NCBI RefSeq assembly: GCF_001194135.2
Contig: NC_069006.1
Coordinates: 6,666,256-6,730,255 of the forward strand
From: Octopus bimaculoides
Taxonomy: Eukaryota
Direction of reading: 5' to 3'
Length of the DNA stretch: 64,000 bases
Position 1 is the stretch's first letter. Every line of letters starts with the position of its first letter. This document shows positions 13,909-26,574 of this stretch, one piece after another. The notes below the pieces were generated by a model. The model worked only from the letters and a program-made list of their open reading frames with translations, was not told the DNA's origin and did no database searches. The translations under genes were made by a program, and so were the position numbers.

Positions 13909-14064
13909 TTCCACATCTCTAATATCCTAATTTAACTACATCATTGGTTAGCAACATTAATACTGTTTATTGAGAATACAGTGATGAAATTTTCAGGAAT
14001 TAAGAATAGTTAGGACAATTTTATTAAGAAATATATTGCAGATATTCTTTATTATATATTATGG

Positions 14065-14341
14065 GTGTAGGTGCGGGTGTGTGGCAGAGAAGCTTACTTC
14101 CCAATCCTGTGGTCTTGGGTTCAATTCTCCTATGTCCCATCTATAGTCTTCTACTATACCCCTAGGCTGACCAAAGTCTTGTGAGTGGCTCTGATAAGAA
14201 GAAACTGAAAGAAGCCCATCGTGAGTATGTGTGTGCATATGTGTGTGTGTGTGCATGTGTGTGTGCGTGCATGTGTGTGTGCATGCATGAGTGAGTGAGT
14301 GAGTGAGTGAGTGAGTGAGTGAGTGAGTGAGTGAGTGTGTA

Positions 14342-14374
<33 letters not shown>

Positions 14375-14600
14375 ACTCTTGTTTAGACATCATATGATGG
14401 TTGTAAGTGTGCATCATTGTGATACAAGTGATAATGGCTAGACATGCTTGTCTCGCCATTGGGAAACCTTGCTTGGAGACAGGGAAGGGTTGGTGACAAG
14501 GAGGGCATCCAATCATAGAAAATCTGCTTCAATAAATTCCATCTGACCCATGTAAATATTGAAAAGTTGGCATTAAATAATGACGACAATGACGATGATG
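14065..14600 (+). mobile_element. Composite SINE: family C head, internal (GT)/(GAGT)n, RTE-type tail
   Basis: Head with gaaactgaaagaagccc, then microsatellite, then aggagggcatcc...acccatg...ttaaataatgacgacaatgacgatgatga tail. Confidence 0.8.
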
Positions 14601-15046
14601 ATTACTATTTTGAGGTCCCAGCAGATAAATCAATGAATACATTCCTCTAAAAATTGATGAGGGAGAAGTATTGAAAGAGCCAAACCATTCTGAAGGTGTC
14701 ATTTCAATCTCTACTTCAACCAGACCAGGAGCAGAAGTGGCTGAGAGGCCAAGGACACTGGATGTTTCCACTGCAAGGGGTTCAAAAGGATCCCTCTATG
14801 TTTACTAGAAATCAGTTTTGTAACCATTTCTTTCAAATTCTAACTGGTACCACTTGATATATTACTAATACTGAGAAAAACAACTATCATCTGGATTTGT
14901 TGTATGATATTTTCATGTATTTAATATATCAGATTAAAGAGTTAATATTTAAAACTTCATAATTTATAAAAACTTTCCACTTTTGGAGATCTTATATCAA
15001 ACAACTACCATATCACACAACTTCATCTTTACATTAGGCATGTAAC

Positions 15047-15268
15047 TTAACCCTTTAGCATTCAAGTTACTCTGTCAAATGTAATGCTTATTTATTCACA
15101 TTGCTTTGAATTAATCATGCAATATCTCGTAGCTTTGAGATCCTGAAGATGTGAAGGATATTTTTTTAAATGACATTGCAAGGTAGGTGTGAAAATCTGG
15201 CCAGTTTGAACATAAAACAGGGAGAATATTTGGGCTGGATCTGGCGGGTTTGAATGCTAAAGGGTTAA
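15047..15268 (+). mobile_element. piggyBac-type MITE, family 1
   Basis: TTAA-CCCTTTAGCATTCAA...TTGAATGCTAAAGGG-TTAA: perfect 15-bp TIR, TTAA target duplication, CCC/GGG ends. Confidence 0.88.
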
Positions 15269-15737
15269 ACCTTACTGATAATGATTTCATAGAATGAGTG
15301 AGCTTGGGTGTGTAGCTAAAAAAGTTCAATTCACAACAATGTGATTTGGGGTTCGATCCCACTGCATGGCACCTGGAGGCACTGTAAAAATAACTGTCCC
15401 ATTCAAATTATACCCCACAAACACCAGTTTGTGATTCTTCACAAGGGTCAGGTTTTCACAGAGTTAAATGTAGTTTTTGCTCATCTGTAGATGAAAAGTC
15501 ATAAACATTGTTTCTTTTATGAATAAATAAATGAATCATGATTTCTTTTTTAACTACTCAACACAGCAAATGATGAATTCACTCTTTCTAAATATACACC
15601 TATGTGCTGCTGCTGTTGTTAGTCCAGTGGTTACTATTAATACCAAATTACTGTGCTGCTGAAGTAATTATCTTTATAGACATGAAACAAATCAAAAGAT
15701 ATTGGATGAATAGAAATATGTCTATGAGAACATTATT

Positions 15738-15989
15738 GATAATATTAACCAACATAAAATTTATCTTGACAAATAGGTACTACAAAGACATTCAATAGTC
15801 TGTCGCTATAAAACTGTAGCACATCACTGATAATATTAACCAACATAAAATTTACTATAACAAATAGTTGGAACATAGACAGTCTGTCACTATAAAACTG
15901 CACACCCTTGATAACATTAACCAACATAAAGTTTATCATGACAAATAGGTGGAACAAAGACACACAGTAGTCTATAACTATAAAACTGT
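15738..15989 (+). repeat. Degenerate 80-91 bp tandem repeat, 3 copies
   Basis: Units start gataa(t/c)attaaccaacataaa at 15738, 15829 and 15910 and each contains tataaaactg. Confidence 0.88.
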
Positions 15990-16204
15990 CTCTGTCTGTA
16001 TGTTCAATGTTTTAATATCATCATTTGCTAAGATTATAGAACATTTTATCTTTCTGTGCTTAATAATGTTTTTTTTTTCTTTCAGGTACAAGGGAAGGTG
16101 GCCACCAGGAAGAATAATTAACATACAAGGAAGAAATGCTTAGTGATATTTCTTCTGGCTCTTTACATCCTGAGTTCAAATGCCACCTTTCAGGTTGGTA
16201 AAAC

Positions 16205-16675
16205 AAGCACCATCTGAGCACTGAAGTTGATGTAATTAACTTAAAATTGACAACCAATTTTGAGGAGGGTTGTGTCAATATCATCAAACCCCAGTACATG
16301 ACTGATACTTCATTTTATAAATTCCAAAAGGATGTAAAGCAAAGTTGACCTCAGCAGGATTTGAACTCAGAACCTAAAGAGTTGGAGAAAATATCATAAG
16401 GCATTTTTCTAACACTAAACAATTCTACTAATCCACCACTTTTTTCTGTACTTAACAATCCTTTCTGCAATAGGCACAAGGCCTGAAATTTGGAGGAGAT
16501 GGGGGGGCAATCGATTAGATCGACCTCATTGCACAACTGGTACTTATTTCACTGAACTCGAAAGAATAAAAGGCAAAGTCGACCTCAGTGGAATTTGAAC
16601 TCAGAATGAATAGACAGATGAAATGCCTCTAAGCATAGCATTTTGCCCAGTGTGCTAACAGTTTTGCCAGCTAGC
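16205..16675 (-). mobile_element. Two adjacent SINE family B copies
   Basis: Two gcaaagt(t/c)gacctcag...tttgaactcagaa motifs, at ~16340 and ~16575. Confidence 0.8.
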
Positions 16676-16744
16676 CTTCTCTACTTCATGATACAAACAT
16701 CTAAACCACATTTAGCCAAATACAAGTTGAACCTGTGTATTAAC

Positions 16745-17052
16745 TATCACTCCATCAGTTACAACGAGGGTTCCAGTTGATTCAATCAACAGAACAGCTT
16801 GCTCATGAAACTAACATGTAAGTGGCTGAGCACTCCACAGACACATGTTCCCTTAACATAGTTCTATAAAGAGATTCAGCATCACAAGGTCGGCCCTTTG
16901 AAATACAGCTACTACTTATTTTTGCCAGCTGAATGCACTGGAGCAATGGGAAATAAAGTACTGGCTCAAAGACTGAATGCACTGCTGGGAATTGAACTCA
17001 CAACCTTACAATCATGAGCCAATTAACCTAACCACTAAGCCATGTGCCTTCA
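16745..17052 (-). mobile_element. SINE family D
   Basis: gtggctgagcactccacagacac tail and taaccactaagccatgtgcc head. Confidence 0.85.
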
Positions 17053-18686
17053 CTGAACCTGTGTATTAGCCATTCCTTGAATTCCAACGAAGATGTCAAC
17101 TTAGTTGAATAAGCTGTAACATTGATCTCTCATTTCAGTGGAAACAGAATAACCTTCAGTTCATACACTTGTCAACTCAGCAGAATAGTACAGAAGAAGT
17201 AAAGGGAAAAGGAATATGACATGGGTTGAATTATAAAAACAGGAGTCAAGTCAGAGACCAAAGGTTAAGTGAAAATAGACTACTCTGTGTGTGTGTACTG
17301 TAGTGGGGGTGGCAGGTAGTCATGCATACATAGAGATACTACTTCAAAGGTGAGGTGAAAAAAATTAGAGCTTTACCCTCTTCTAATCAATAGGTTTCAT
17401 TTTGGCAAAAGAATCATTAGTAATATACTTTTATATATTAGCTTCTTCCTAACTGCTAATACTTAACAGATCTAAAGTATTTCTTCTATTATTAATCAAA
17501 GGCTATGTACGTATATCTGTATGTGTGTGTGCTTATATACATGTGTGTGTGTGTGTATTTATAGGTAGGAAGGTAAGTAGTTAGATAGGTGTGTGTATAT
17601 GCATATATGTGCGTGTGTGTGTTGTGTATGTGTGCGTGTGTGTTTATAAGTTTATATCTATGTACGTGTGTGTTTATGTCTATGAATGTGTATCTGTTTA
17701 TAATGTGTACAACTCTCTATGTGTGCCTGTGTATATAATAGTATTTTAATAGTTTGAAACACTATAGAAAAGAAACTAAACTCATGGCTATACATCTTCA
17801 AAAGCAGAGAAAATAAGACTATTTAATGACTGGCAACCTAAACATTTGAAGTTCAAAGGAAAATAAAGAAAAGCAATGCTATTGTATGTTGTTTGTGTGT
17901 AAGTGTGTAGGTGTATAATTTCGATATTATATCTTTTTCTATTTCCAAATGAGATCTCTAGAGCATTATACTATATACCTCACTTTCTTTTGAACTTGAG
18001 CTGTTTTGGCTGAAAATCATTAAACAATCTCATTTTGTTTGCTTAAAGAAACAGGAAAAGTGGGAGTAGAATGGCATGAAAGCCAGAAAGAGGAATGAGT
18101 GTGAAGGATAGTAAGAGACAGAAGTGGCAACCTTAGTTTTAGGAGGTAACATTTCCACCTTCATCAATTGAAATATCTCAACTGGCTAATTAATAAAAAA
18201 TCTTCAATAACACAAGAACTTGAATTTACACACACACACACACATAAATGCACAAATCATAGCCATCTGTTGCAAGTGACCTGGTAGCATGTACTGTGCT
18301 TTTGCAGTTTTAGGTGCTTATATAGTCGTGAGTAGACACAGACCTCCTTTTAGTCACATACACACTCACCCTCCAGTGGCTTAACTTATTGAAACATCAG
18401 GGGTATGACAGCTGGAGGGCCATTTCACTACTATATTGTATTCACATTTAGCTGAGTAGACTGGAACAATGTGAAATGACGAACCATGATGAAGGACACA
18501 ACATGCTACCCAGTCCAGGAAATGGATCCAAATAATCCTCCCCTCCCCCCAAAAAAAACCATTGGGCCACACACACACACACACATGTATGAACGTATAT
18601 AGTCAACAGATGAGAACCAGAGATTCCTAGTATAGAAAATAATTAGTATCACTCAAATGATTCAAACTTAGATTCCGATGTCTTTA

Positions 18687-18883
18687 GGAGGGACCAATTC
18701 CATGGAGTAAAGAGTGGCTATAAGATGAATCCAGGTGAGCAGATATGGAGATAATTATGCTGATAAACAAATTAAATATAACAGTGTTTACATCAAATTT
18801 GCTTTTCTGCGTAATTGTCTCCATATTTGTTCCCCTGGATTCCTTTTATAGCCGCTCTTTACCCCCACAGAATTGGTCCCTCC
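18687..18883. mobile_element. 197-bp foldback (hairpin) MITE-like element
   Basis: 18687-18773 is an ~83%-identical inverted repeat of 18796-18883 with a 22-nt loop; ends GGAGGGACCAATTC...GAATTGGTCCCTCC. Confidence 0.8.
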
Positions 18884-19039
18884 TGATGAAACCATTTGAG
18901 TGGTACTGTTTTTAATACATGTATGAATGTATGGATGTGTATCTATTAAAATGTCCTCCTAATTCCCACTATTAAAAACAGGCACCCTTCCTAACTGGAC
19001 AAATTGCTTGGTTGCCTATAATACAACAATTCTCTTTAT

Positions 19040-19190
19040 ATATATATATATATATCTGTCAAATCTACTAACAAGGCTTTGGTCAGCCTAAAGCTAAAGT
19101 AGAAGACACTTACCCAAGGTATCACACAGTGAGACTGAACTCAGAACCATGTGGTTGGGAAGCAAACTTCTTACCACACAGCCATGCGAG
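19040..19190 (-). mobile_element. SINE family C head
   Basis: aaggctttggtcagcc...agaagacacttacccaaggt...cttaccacacagccatgc. Confidence 0.8.
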
Positions 19191-19290
19191 GTATCAATTG
19201 TTAACTAAGACTTCAAATTGGTAGTGTGGGATTTAACTTTGATTTATATCTTTAATGTTGCGGGTGATGATATAATTTATACAAAAAACT

Positions 19291-19502
19291 TTAACCCTTT
19301 TTAGCATTTAAACCAACCATATCTTGCCCAAATATTCTCCCTATTTTATGTTCAAACCAGCCAGATCCAGTCACCCACACTGTCCCTACAATGTCATTTA
19401 TCATATCATCAAAATCTTGAAGTTATGATATAACTCATAATTAATTGAAAACCTTGTGAATAAATAAGCATTACATTTGACAGAGTAATCTAAATGTTAA
19501 AG
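19291..19502 (-). mobile_element. piggyBac-type MITE family 1, opposite orientation, one end decayed
   Basis: Internal sequence is the reverse complement of 15051-15264 (aataagcattacatttgacagagtaa; atattctccctattttatgttcaaac). Confidence 0.8.
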
Positions 19503-19627
19503 CAGATCTCAATTCAGTAGTTTTCACAACTGAGAATACAATAAAAAGAAATCCCTCATCACTGCCTATTAATTATGCCTTTATTACCATCATGTGGTTA
19601 TAGGCTCTCAGAAAACTGAATCTAGAA

Positions 19628-19878
19628 TAGTGGTTCTTGACAGGAGTCCACATAGCCCTTGGGGTCCACACAAGATTTTACTGTTAAAATTTATGTACAA
19701 TATATCGCTTATACTTCTAGAATACACAATATATTTCAATTTATTTATACAATTCCTAATAATATTTAATCATAAAAATGTAATAGGATTTATTTAGACA
19801 TCAAATGTCTATGGGAGTCTACCTGAATAAAATAGGAATCAAAGGGGTCCATGGGCCAAAAATGGTTGAGAACCACTG
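19628..19878. mobile_element. hAT-type MITE
   Basis: Ends tagtggttcttgac...gttgagaaccactg (CAGTGGTTCTCAAC-type hAT TIR); 8-bp flanks atctagaa/atctcaaa match 6/8, consistent with a decayed TSD. Confidence 0.75.
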
Positions 19879-19962
19879 ATCTCAAACAAGGTTTTAATTT
19901 CCAGCTGGAATTAATTTTACTCACCTTTTTAAATGTCCTTATTTAAATAATTTAAGCATATG

Positions 19963-20191
19963 TTAACCCTTTCGTTACTCTATTTATTTTGAGATGCTCT
20001 GTGTTTCTTTCAATTAATTTTAAATATAACAAAGAATTTAGTAAAACAACTTAGTTATCATTCAGCTAGTGTTAGGAACATGAATTGTGACTAAGGTTTG
20101 GTGGAAGATTTTAATTCAAAACTTATAGAAACAAGACGTTTGTGCTCAGAGCCAGAGCCGGTTTCAGCCGGACTGGTAATGAAAGGGTTAA
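19963..20191. mobile_element. piggyBac-type MITE, family 2
   Basis: TTAA-CCCTTTCGTTAC...GTAATGAAAGGG-TTAA; TIR has one mismatch; internal sequence is unrelated to family 1. Confidence 0.85.
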
Positions 20192-21049
20192 AGAAGGAAG
20201 CATGTTTGACATCACTTCAATGTATTTCACATTTTAAACATCCAAATTTCCAATGAAATGCCAGAGTCAAATTAATCAGTTATTGGTCGACCACTTTCCT
20301 CCTATTTTAACTATGTCTTATGCTGAAGAAGTCATTATTATCACTTATTCTATTTTTCATAATTATTCCAGATAATTTCTGACATCTTATGCTCTGAGCT
20401 CAAGTTCTGTCAAGGGTAACTAAGCCTCTATGATATACATTATTTCAAAAGGCAAAGTCAAACTAAGTGTGTCTAAACTCTAAATCTCTGTTAAGACCTC
20501 AAAACAAAATTTGAATAAAATATAAAAAATAAGATGACAATAATTTTTGGGAATTAATTTTATCAATTATATACTTCTTTTACNNNNNNNNNNNNNNNNN
20601 NNNNNNNNNNNNNNNNNNNNNNNNNNNNNNNNNNNNNNNNNNNNNNNNNNNNNNNNNNNNNNNNNNNNNNNNNNNNNNNNNNNNNNNNNNNNNNNNNNNN
20701 NNNTTTTTTTTTTTTTTTTTTTGGTTTAGTAAAGAAACTTTGTATTTTGGATACTTAAATAATATTAAAAGAAAAAAAATAACAAGGTTTATCAATATAA
20801 AAGTTAGAGTTTAAAGCTTTTCTCTTTAAAAACAAAAATGAAGCAGCACCCATTTTTCACAATAATAGTTTGTTTTACTACGGAATTAATTTTAGGTGGT
20901 TTACAGTTGTGGTAATTCTAAGACATGTTCACCAACTTCGACAAATTTATGTCTGAGAATGTCAATTGTGTTTAAAACCACTGGTTTACTTCAGTGTAGA
21001 TATTGCTATTGTTTTAAGCAGTCCATAGTCATGAAACATAAAATATACA

Positions 21050-21360
21050 ACTAACAAGGATGCGGTAAATAGGAAAGTACTTTGTGAAATAAGGTTCTAG
21101 CAACAGAGAATTCTTGGTCATGTAATGAGGAATGACGGCCTGGAGGGTTTAGTGGTGGCCACAAAGATTGAAGGGGAAAAGAAGCAGAGGAAGGAGAAGG
21201 ATGATATGGATGTCAAACTTGAGGAATTGGTTGGAAGGAAGAAGCATTAAACACATCAGGAAGTGGAGTTGCTAGAGAAAAACGAAGAACAGAGAATTGT
21301 AGTTGGACATGATAGCATATGTCCTACTTTCCGGACATGGTGTCTAAAGAAGAAAGAAGA
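21050..21360 (+). mobile_element. RTE-clade LINE 3' end
   Basis: Translation RILGHVMRNDGLEGLVVATKIEG/KRSRGRRRMIWMSNLRNWL (typical LGHVMR...IEGKRxRGR C-terminus), ending in an aagaagaaagaaga tail. Confidence 0.85.
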
Positions 21361-21404
21361 TACAACTAACACTGCAACAATGACATTATCTCTGATTTAT
21401 ATGT

Positions 21405-21464
<60 letters not shown>

Positions 21465-21731
21465 TCAGGAATTAAAGAAGCACCAAACAGAAACTTGGCC
21501 TGNNNNNNNNNNNNNNNNNNNNNNNNNNNNNNNNNNNNNNNNNNNNNNNNNNNNNNNNNNNNNNNNNNNNNNNNNNNNNNNNNNNNNNNNNNNNNNNNNN
21601 NNNNNNNNNNNNNNNNNNNNNNNNNNNNNNNNNNNNNNNNNNNNNNNNNNNNNNNNNNNNNNNNNNNNNNNNNNNNNNNNNNNNNNNNNNNNNNNNNNNN
21701 NNNNNNNNNNNNNNNNNNNNNNNNNNNNNNN

Positions 21732-21783
<52 letters not shown>

Positions 21784-21991
21784 AGAGAATTGTTGTGTTA
21801 TAGGCAACCAAGCAATTTGTCAAACAATCAGAATGCATTTACTTTTTAATGTGGCTTGCGTTACCACAGCAAGCTAAAAGTTTCTTACTCACCATGGATT
21901 TTGCTTGATATCTCTAATGTAATGCTTCACTTCGTTAATCACACATACACAGGGATTAATTATTCAGTTATTGTCTTGTTTGTTTGTATTT

Positions 21992-22048
<57 letters not shown>

Positions 22049-22888
22049 GGTGGGAGGAAGAGATAGAAAGTGAGATAGCTGCCTTTTTTTTTCATCTACT
22101 TTCTTCTTTCTCAACTATGTAGGCCTTGTATTCCAGCAGTCATCTGTGTGTGAGGTTTAATAATTCCACCACGTCTCACAGAAGCACACAAAGGAAATTT
22201 AATTACAAGAATGTCACTGTTTCATTTGAAATTCAAATATTGTTTAGTGTGAATAAATGACTTTCAGTAATCATTTATTTATATCCTTATATAGAAAGAA
22301 TCTGAATGACTCCCCTCCTCTACAACCTTTAGTTAGTTTTGTTGAGTTAGAAAACAAAAATTCTAGATACTCTATTGTTTATTAATTTCCAATGATATTT
22401 TGAAGTCATTGCATCAATGAGGAAATTGGCAGGATATCAACAGGGGGTAATAACAAGGGTACCACTCAGTTACGGTAGAGTTAAATTGAAGGAAAAATTG
22501 AATAATGAAAGAAGGCACTGACAATAACCTATCTATAAATCTTTAAGTGATGCTATTTTTAAAGATTTTGTAATTATTCTTAAGGTCAAATAGAGTGAGG
22601 TCAACAAGATCACACCATTATATATTCTAAAGTCATAAATCGTGCATATATCTTAATAATGAGCTCTTTAACTAAAAATGCCAATGGACATTCAATAAAT
22701 GTTCGTAAATAGATTCTTCTGTCTTGTGTTACCTGTAAGATGGTGATAAGAGAGAAACAGAAGCCAAAAGTATAAAAACAATTAGAAGCAATGTTATAGA
22801 AGTCAAGTGCATGGATAAAAACCTTTATGTGATCTTTAATGATAAGCTTTATTAACTACCAGGATTACAGAAATATAAGCAAAGCCTG

Positions 22889-22924
<36 letters not shown>

Positions 22925-23666
22925 AACATTTCATGTATCCACATGTGTATGACATGAACTGTTAGAATCAGAAAAGCAGGTTTTAGTTCCTGAAGTATGG
23001 TCTTTTTGGGAACACTGCCTTCTAAGTATGTGCTGCCAAGAAAGTGATCATATATCAGTACATATATGTGTGCACGTGTGTGTGTGTATACATACATACA
23101 TACATACATATATATATATATATGTAAACTAATATTTTGCATTGGTCACTTGAGATGGTTGATATCTCTGACTTTCAGTGTTTTCCTTATATTATGGCAG
23201 TAAAGAAAAATATATAACCTTTGCTCAAAAAGTATAACTACAGCTAAAGGAAAAATAGGAGAATTTATAGATGCTATTGGCAAGAATAATGCACAAGTAA
23301 ATTTAAATCCCCAGTCTCTGGTGATATGATGATGATGGTGGTGATACTGTGTGTGTCATGTACATCATATACTGCTTTATCTCAATAAGAAGCAGGAATT
23401 ATTGATACGAGCTCATAGAGAGAAGATGAAAAATGAAGCAGCCATCCAATTACTTTACCTTTGAAGTCGTTGGTTTCTTAAACAAATGTTCAGCCAGTGC
23501 TGCTTCTTTAAAGATATTCAAGCACAGGCTTGGCAGGATAAAGTAGGATTATAGATTCCATATAAACTTACATTTCCTTCTTTCACTAATCAAGTGATCT
23601 CAGTTTCGTTTGTACCTTTAAAATGGGTAGAAAAGATCAACACACAAACTAGCCTACTCCAATATG

Positions 23667-23698
<32 letters not shown>

Positions 23699-23725
23699 CA
23701 TACATATGTTCACACTTTGATAGTC

Positions 23726-23779
<54 letters not shown>

Positions 23780-24674
23780 CAGCGTTACCCAGGAAATTTG
23801 GAAATTCAGAATGCACTGAAATGAATCTCAGCTAGATTTTATTTTCATCATCAATCTAACAACCCTTTATTTGGGTTGGCATGGATGAGTTGGATAGTGA
23901 TGCAAACAACCTACTTTCAAGTCTCCAAGCCCTAAACTCTAGCTATTTCAAGTTTACATCAATAACTACTAATATATGTCCATACCAACAGACAACAATA
24001 TCTCTCCGCATTCCTCTACATTCACTCAGCTAGTCAGTCAGTCTCTCAAATTACTCTAGACTTCATAAGTAGATTAATCAATACTTATTTATCTCATGCA
24101 AGTGTGATAAATACAGCCATTAATTAGATGTCTGAATTTTATGTTTGATTTTTCTGAATCAGAAAAATTCAGCAATAGGTTTGTATTCCTATTTTCATTA
24201 TTATCGAGTTCAGGTGAGAGGGATAGTGAAGTTTGACATTGAAGACTTACCCAGACGTTAAATAATACCCTACCAACACCACCACCACCACCACTACACA
24301 CACTTAAAAGCATACCATGAACCTAATTTCTCTTTTATGGCACTCATTTCACGGTCATATAGTCAGTAGTATTATTAGTTTCAGATAATGGAGTTGGGTT
24401 TTGTATTTCATCACTCACCAAAACTGATGGACTATACATTAGTAATAGATTGCTGTTGACTTACAAATGAAAACTTTTTTTTTTTTTTTTTACTTAAAAA
24501 GATATGACAAAGCTAATGGAATTTGGAGGTAAATCCCATCTGCCGTTTCCTATGTTTGTACCCTGATGTAAACCTTGAGCTGTGTTACAGGTCAAAATAA
24601 ATGTTTATACCAAAGCTTGTTTCTAGAAATTTAATACCAGAGGAAAACTTTAAATGTTTACTGTACATAGGTAC

Positions 24675-25045
24675 AGACGGACTGTATGAGCAGCCATGTG
24701 TTTCAGGTTCAGTCCTGATGCATGGCACTTTGGGCAAGTGTTTTCTACAACAGCCCTGGGTCGACCAATGTCTTGTGAATGAATTTGATAAATGGAAACT
24801 GTTTGGAAGCCTGTCATGTATATGTGTGTATATATCTTTGTATTTGTCCCCCACCACCACCACTTTACAGTGAGTGTTGGTTTGTTTATGACCATGTAAC
24901 CCTGCAATTTGGCAAAAAGGGACCGATCGAAAAAATGCCAGGTTTAAAAATTAGTACTAGGGTTGACTTGTTCAACTAAACTCTTCAAGGCAGTGTCCAA
25001 TATGTGCCCCACTTCAAGGACTGAAACAAGTAATAGATAAAAGAT
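24675..25045 (+). mobile_element. SINE family C, full length
   Basis: cactttgggcaagtgttttctac core, internal (TA/GT) tract, tail ending actgaaacaagtaatagataaaagat. Confidence 0.85.
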
Positions 25046-25143
25046 ATTAACGGTCATAATTACACAAGAAGTCCACAAGAAGTCCAAATCTACAAATTCT
25101 AAGTCAAATCTGAACATTCCAGTAAAGTTGAAGTCTAAGTTAC

Positions 25144-25208
25144 CTCATCCTAAAACTTCACACATCAATGAATTATCAACAAAGGGTTTGGTTTCCGCGT
25201 GCGTCTAT
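25144..25208 (-). other. Candidate 65-nt non-coding exon
   Basis: Acceptor aaatatttctcag|, donor gag|gtaact, CpG-retaining gacgcacgcgg; stops in all three frames. Splice motifs only. Confidence 0.2.
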
Positions 25209-25622
25209 CTGAGAAATATTTATAATTAATAATAGTAATAATAAAAACATTACAGAAACAAGGATCAGTCAAACAGATAATTTTAAACAAAAATCATATC
25301 AATAATTTTAATTTTTAATGTCTGAAGATTTATTGAGCAGAAGAAATACAAGATGATGATATTATGATGATGATAATAATAATAGTAATAATATAAAAGA
25401 AGGAAATGATTTAAATATTGGTGTGTGGACTCCTTTCTTTCTTCTCACTTCATATTACAATAATTTCTTCAATAGAAACAAATTTACAAAAACCATTGAA
25501 ATCTGTCAAATGTTACACACAAAACAAAAGCAACAATTTAAAAAAAAAAAAGCAAAGATAATAAATATAAAATTATATACATACACACGCACACACACAC
25601 AAATGCACAGATACACACAAAC

Positions 25623-25653
<31 letters not shown>

Positions 25654-25878
25654 TATATATCTTGTTTAACTCTTCATAAAGAGTATATATCATAGAAATT
25701 TTATAGCCTTCTGTGTTTTATGCCTCAGTTATTTTCTTATGAATAAAAATTTCATTTTCAGATACANNNNNNNNNNNNNNNNNNNNNNNNNNNNNNNNNN
25801 NNNNNNNNNNNNNNNNNNNNNNNNNNNNNNNNNNNNNNNNNNNNNNNNNNNNNNNNNNNNNNNNNNNNNNNNNNNNNN

Positions 25879-25909
<31 letters not shown>

Positions 25910-26017
25910 AATTTAATACTATTATAATATTACATTGCAAAGAAGTTGGAAAAAAAAAACAACAAAATTAAAACAGAGATAATATATACAGAGATATAAA
26001 CAAGACTTTCCACTTAC

Positions 26018-26187
26018 CAAAAACAATTGTAGAAGACCAAGTAGACTGGTCATCATCCTAAAATAGCCTGATGTACTATCTACTCAGTTTAAATACATGG
26101 TGTCTGTGATAGCAGTACTACCGCTGCAGTGGTGTAAACAAATTCAGGCGTTTTGATCAGATCTTTGTTGCCATACAAACAAATGAT
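26018..26187 (-). other. Candidate 170-nt exon (UTR plus possible start MMTSLLGLLQLFL)
   Basis: Acceptor gtattttatctgtttatcatttcag|, donor ttg|gtaagt, apparently non-repeat sequence; no through-reading frame, one ATG frame open to the donor in phase 0. Confidence 0.35.
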
Positions 26188-26574
26188 CTGAAATGATAAA
26201 CAGATAAAATACATTTTTTTTTAAAGTGGCTTATTAATTAAACACATAGCTAACGAGATGCTTTTATCAAAGACAAGGAAATAACCAGGGAACGCATTAC
26301 AGACACAACTAGAACAACCTGTAGACAGTTATAAATACTTCTAATGCTTTATGCATGTGATTTATGTGTGGGTGCATATATGCATGTTTGCATGTTTTAG
26401 CAGGTTTGTTTCCACATACACATATGTCTGTGCACAAAGTGGTGTGGGTATATGTGTATACATGTGTGTGTTTGCATATGGCTGTTACACGAATCTGAAC
26501 ATGCATTTGGATAAACCTGTTTGAACATGTGCTTTTTGGGTGGGTGTGTATGCATTTGTGCATGTATGATAAGT

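Noticed and set aside
15738-15989. Repeat-plus-variable-segment pattern resembling a CRISPR array
   Set aside because: The variable parts are homologous to each other, there are only 3 units, no cas genes are present and the context is eukaryotic.
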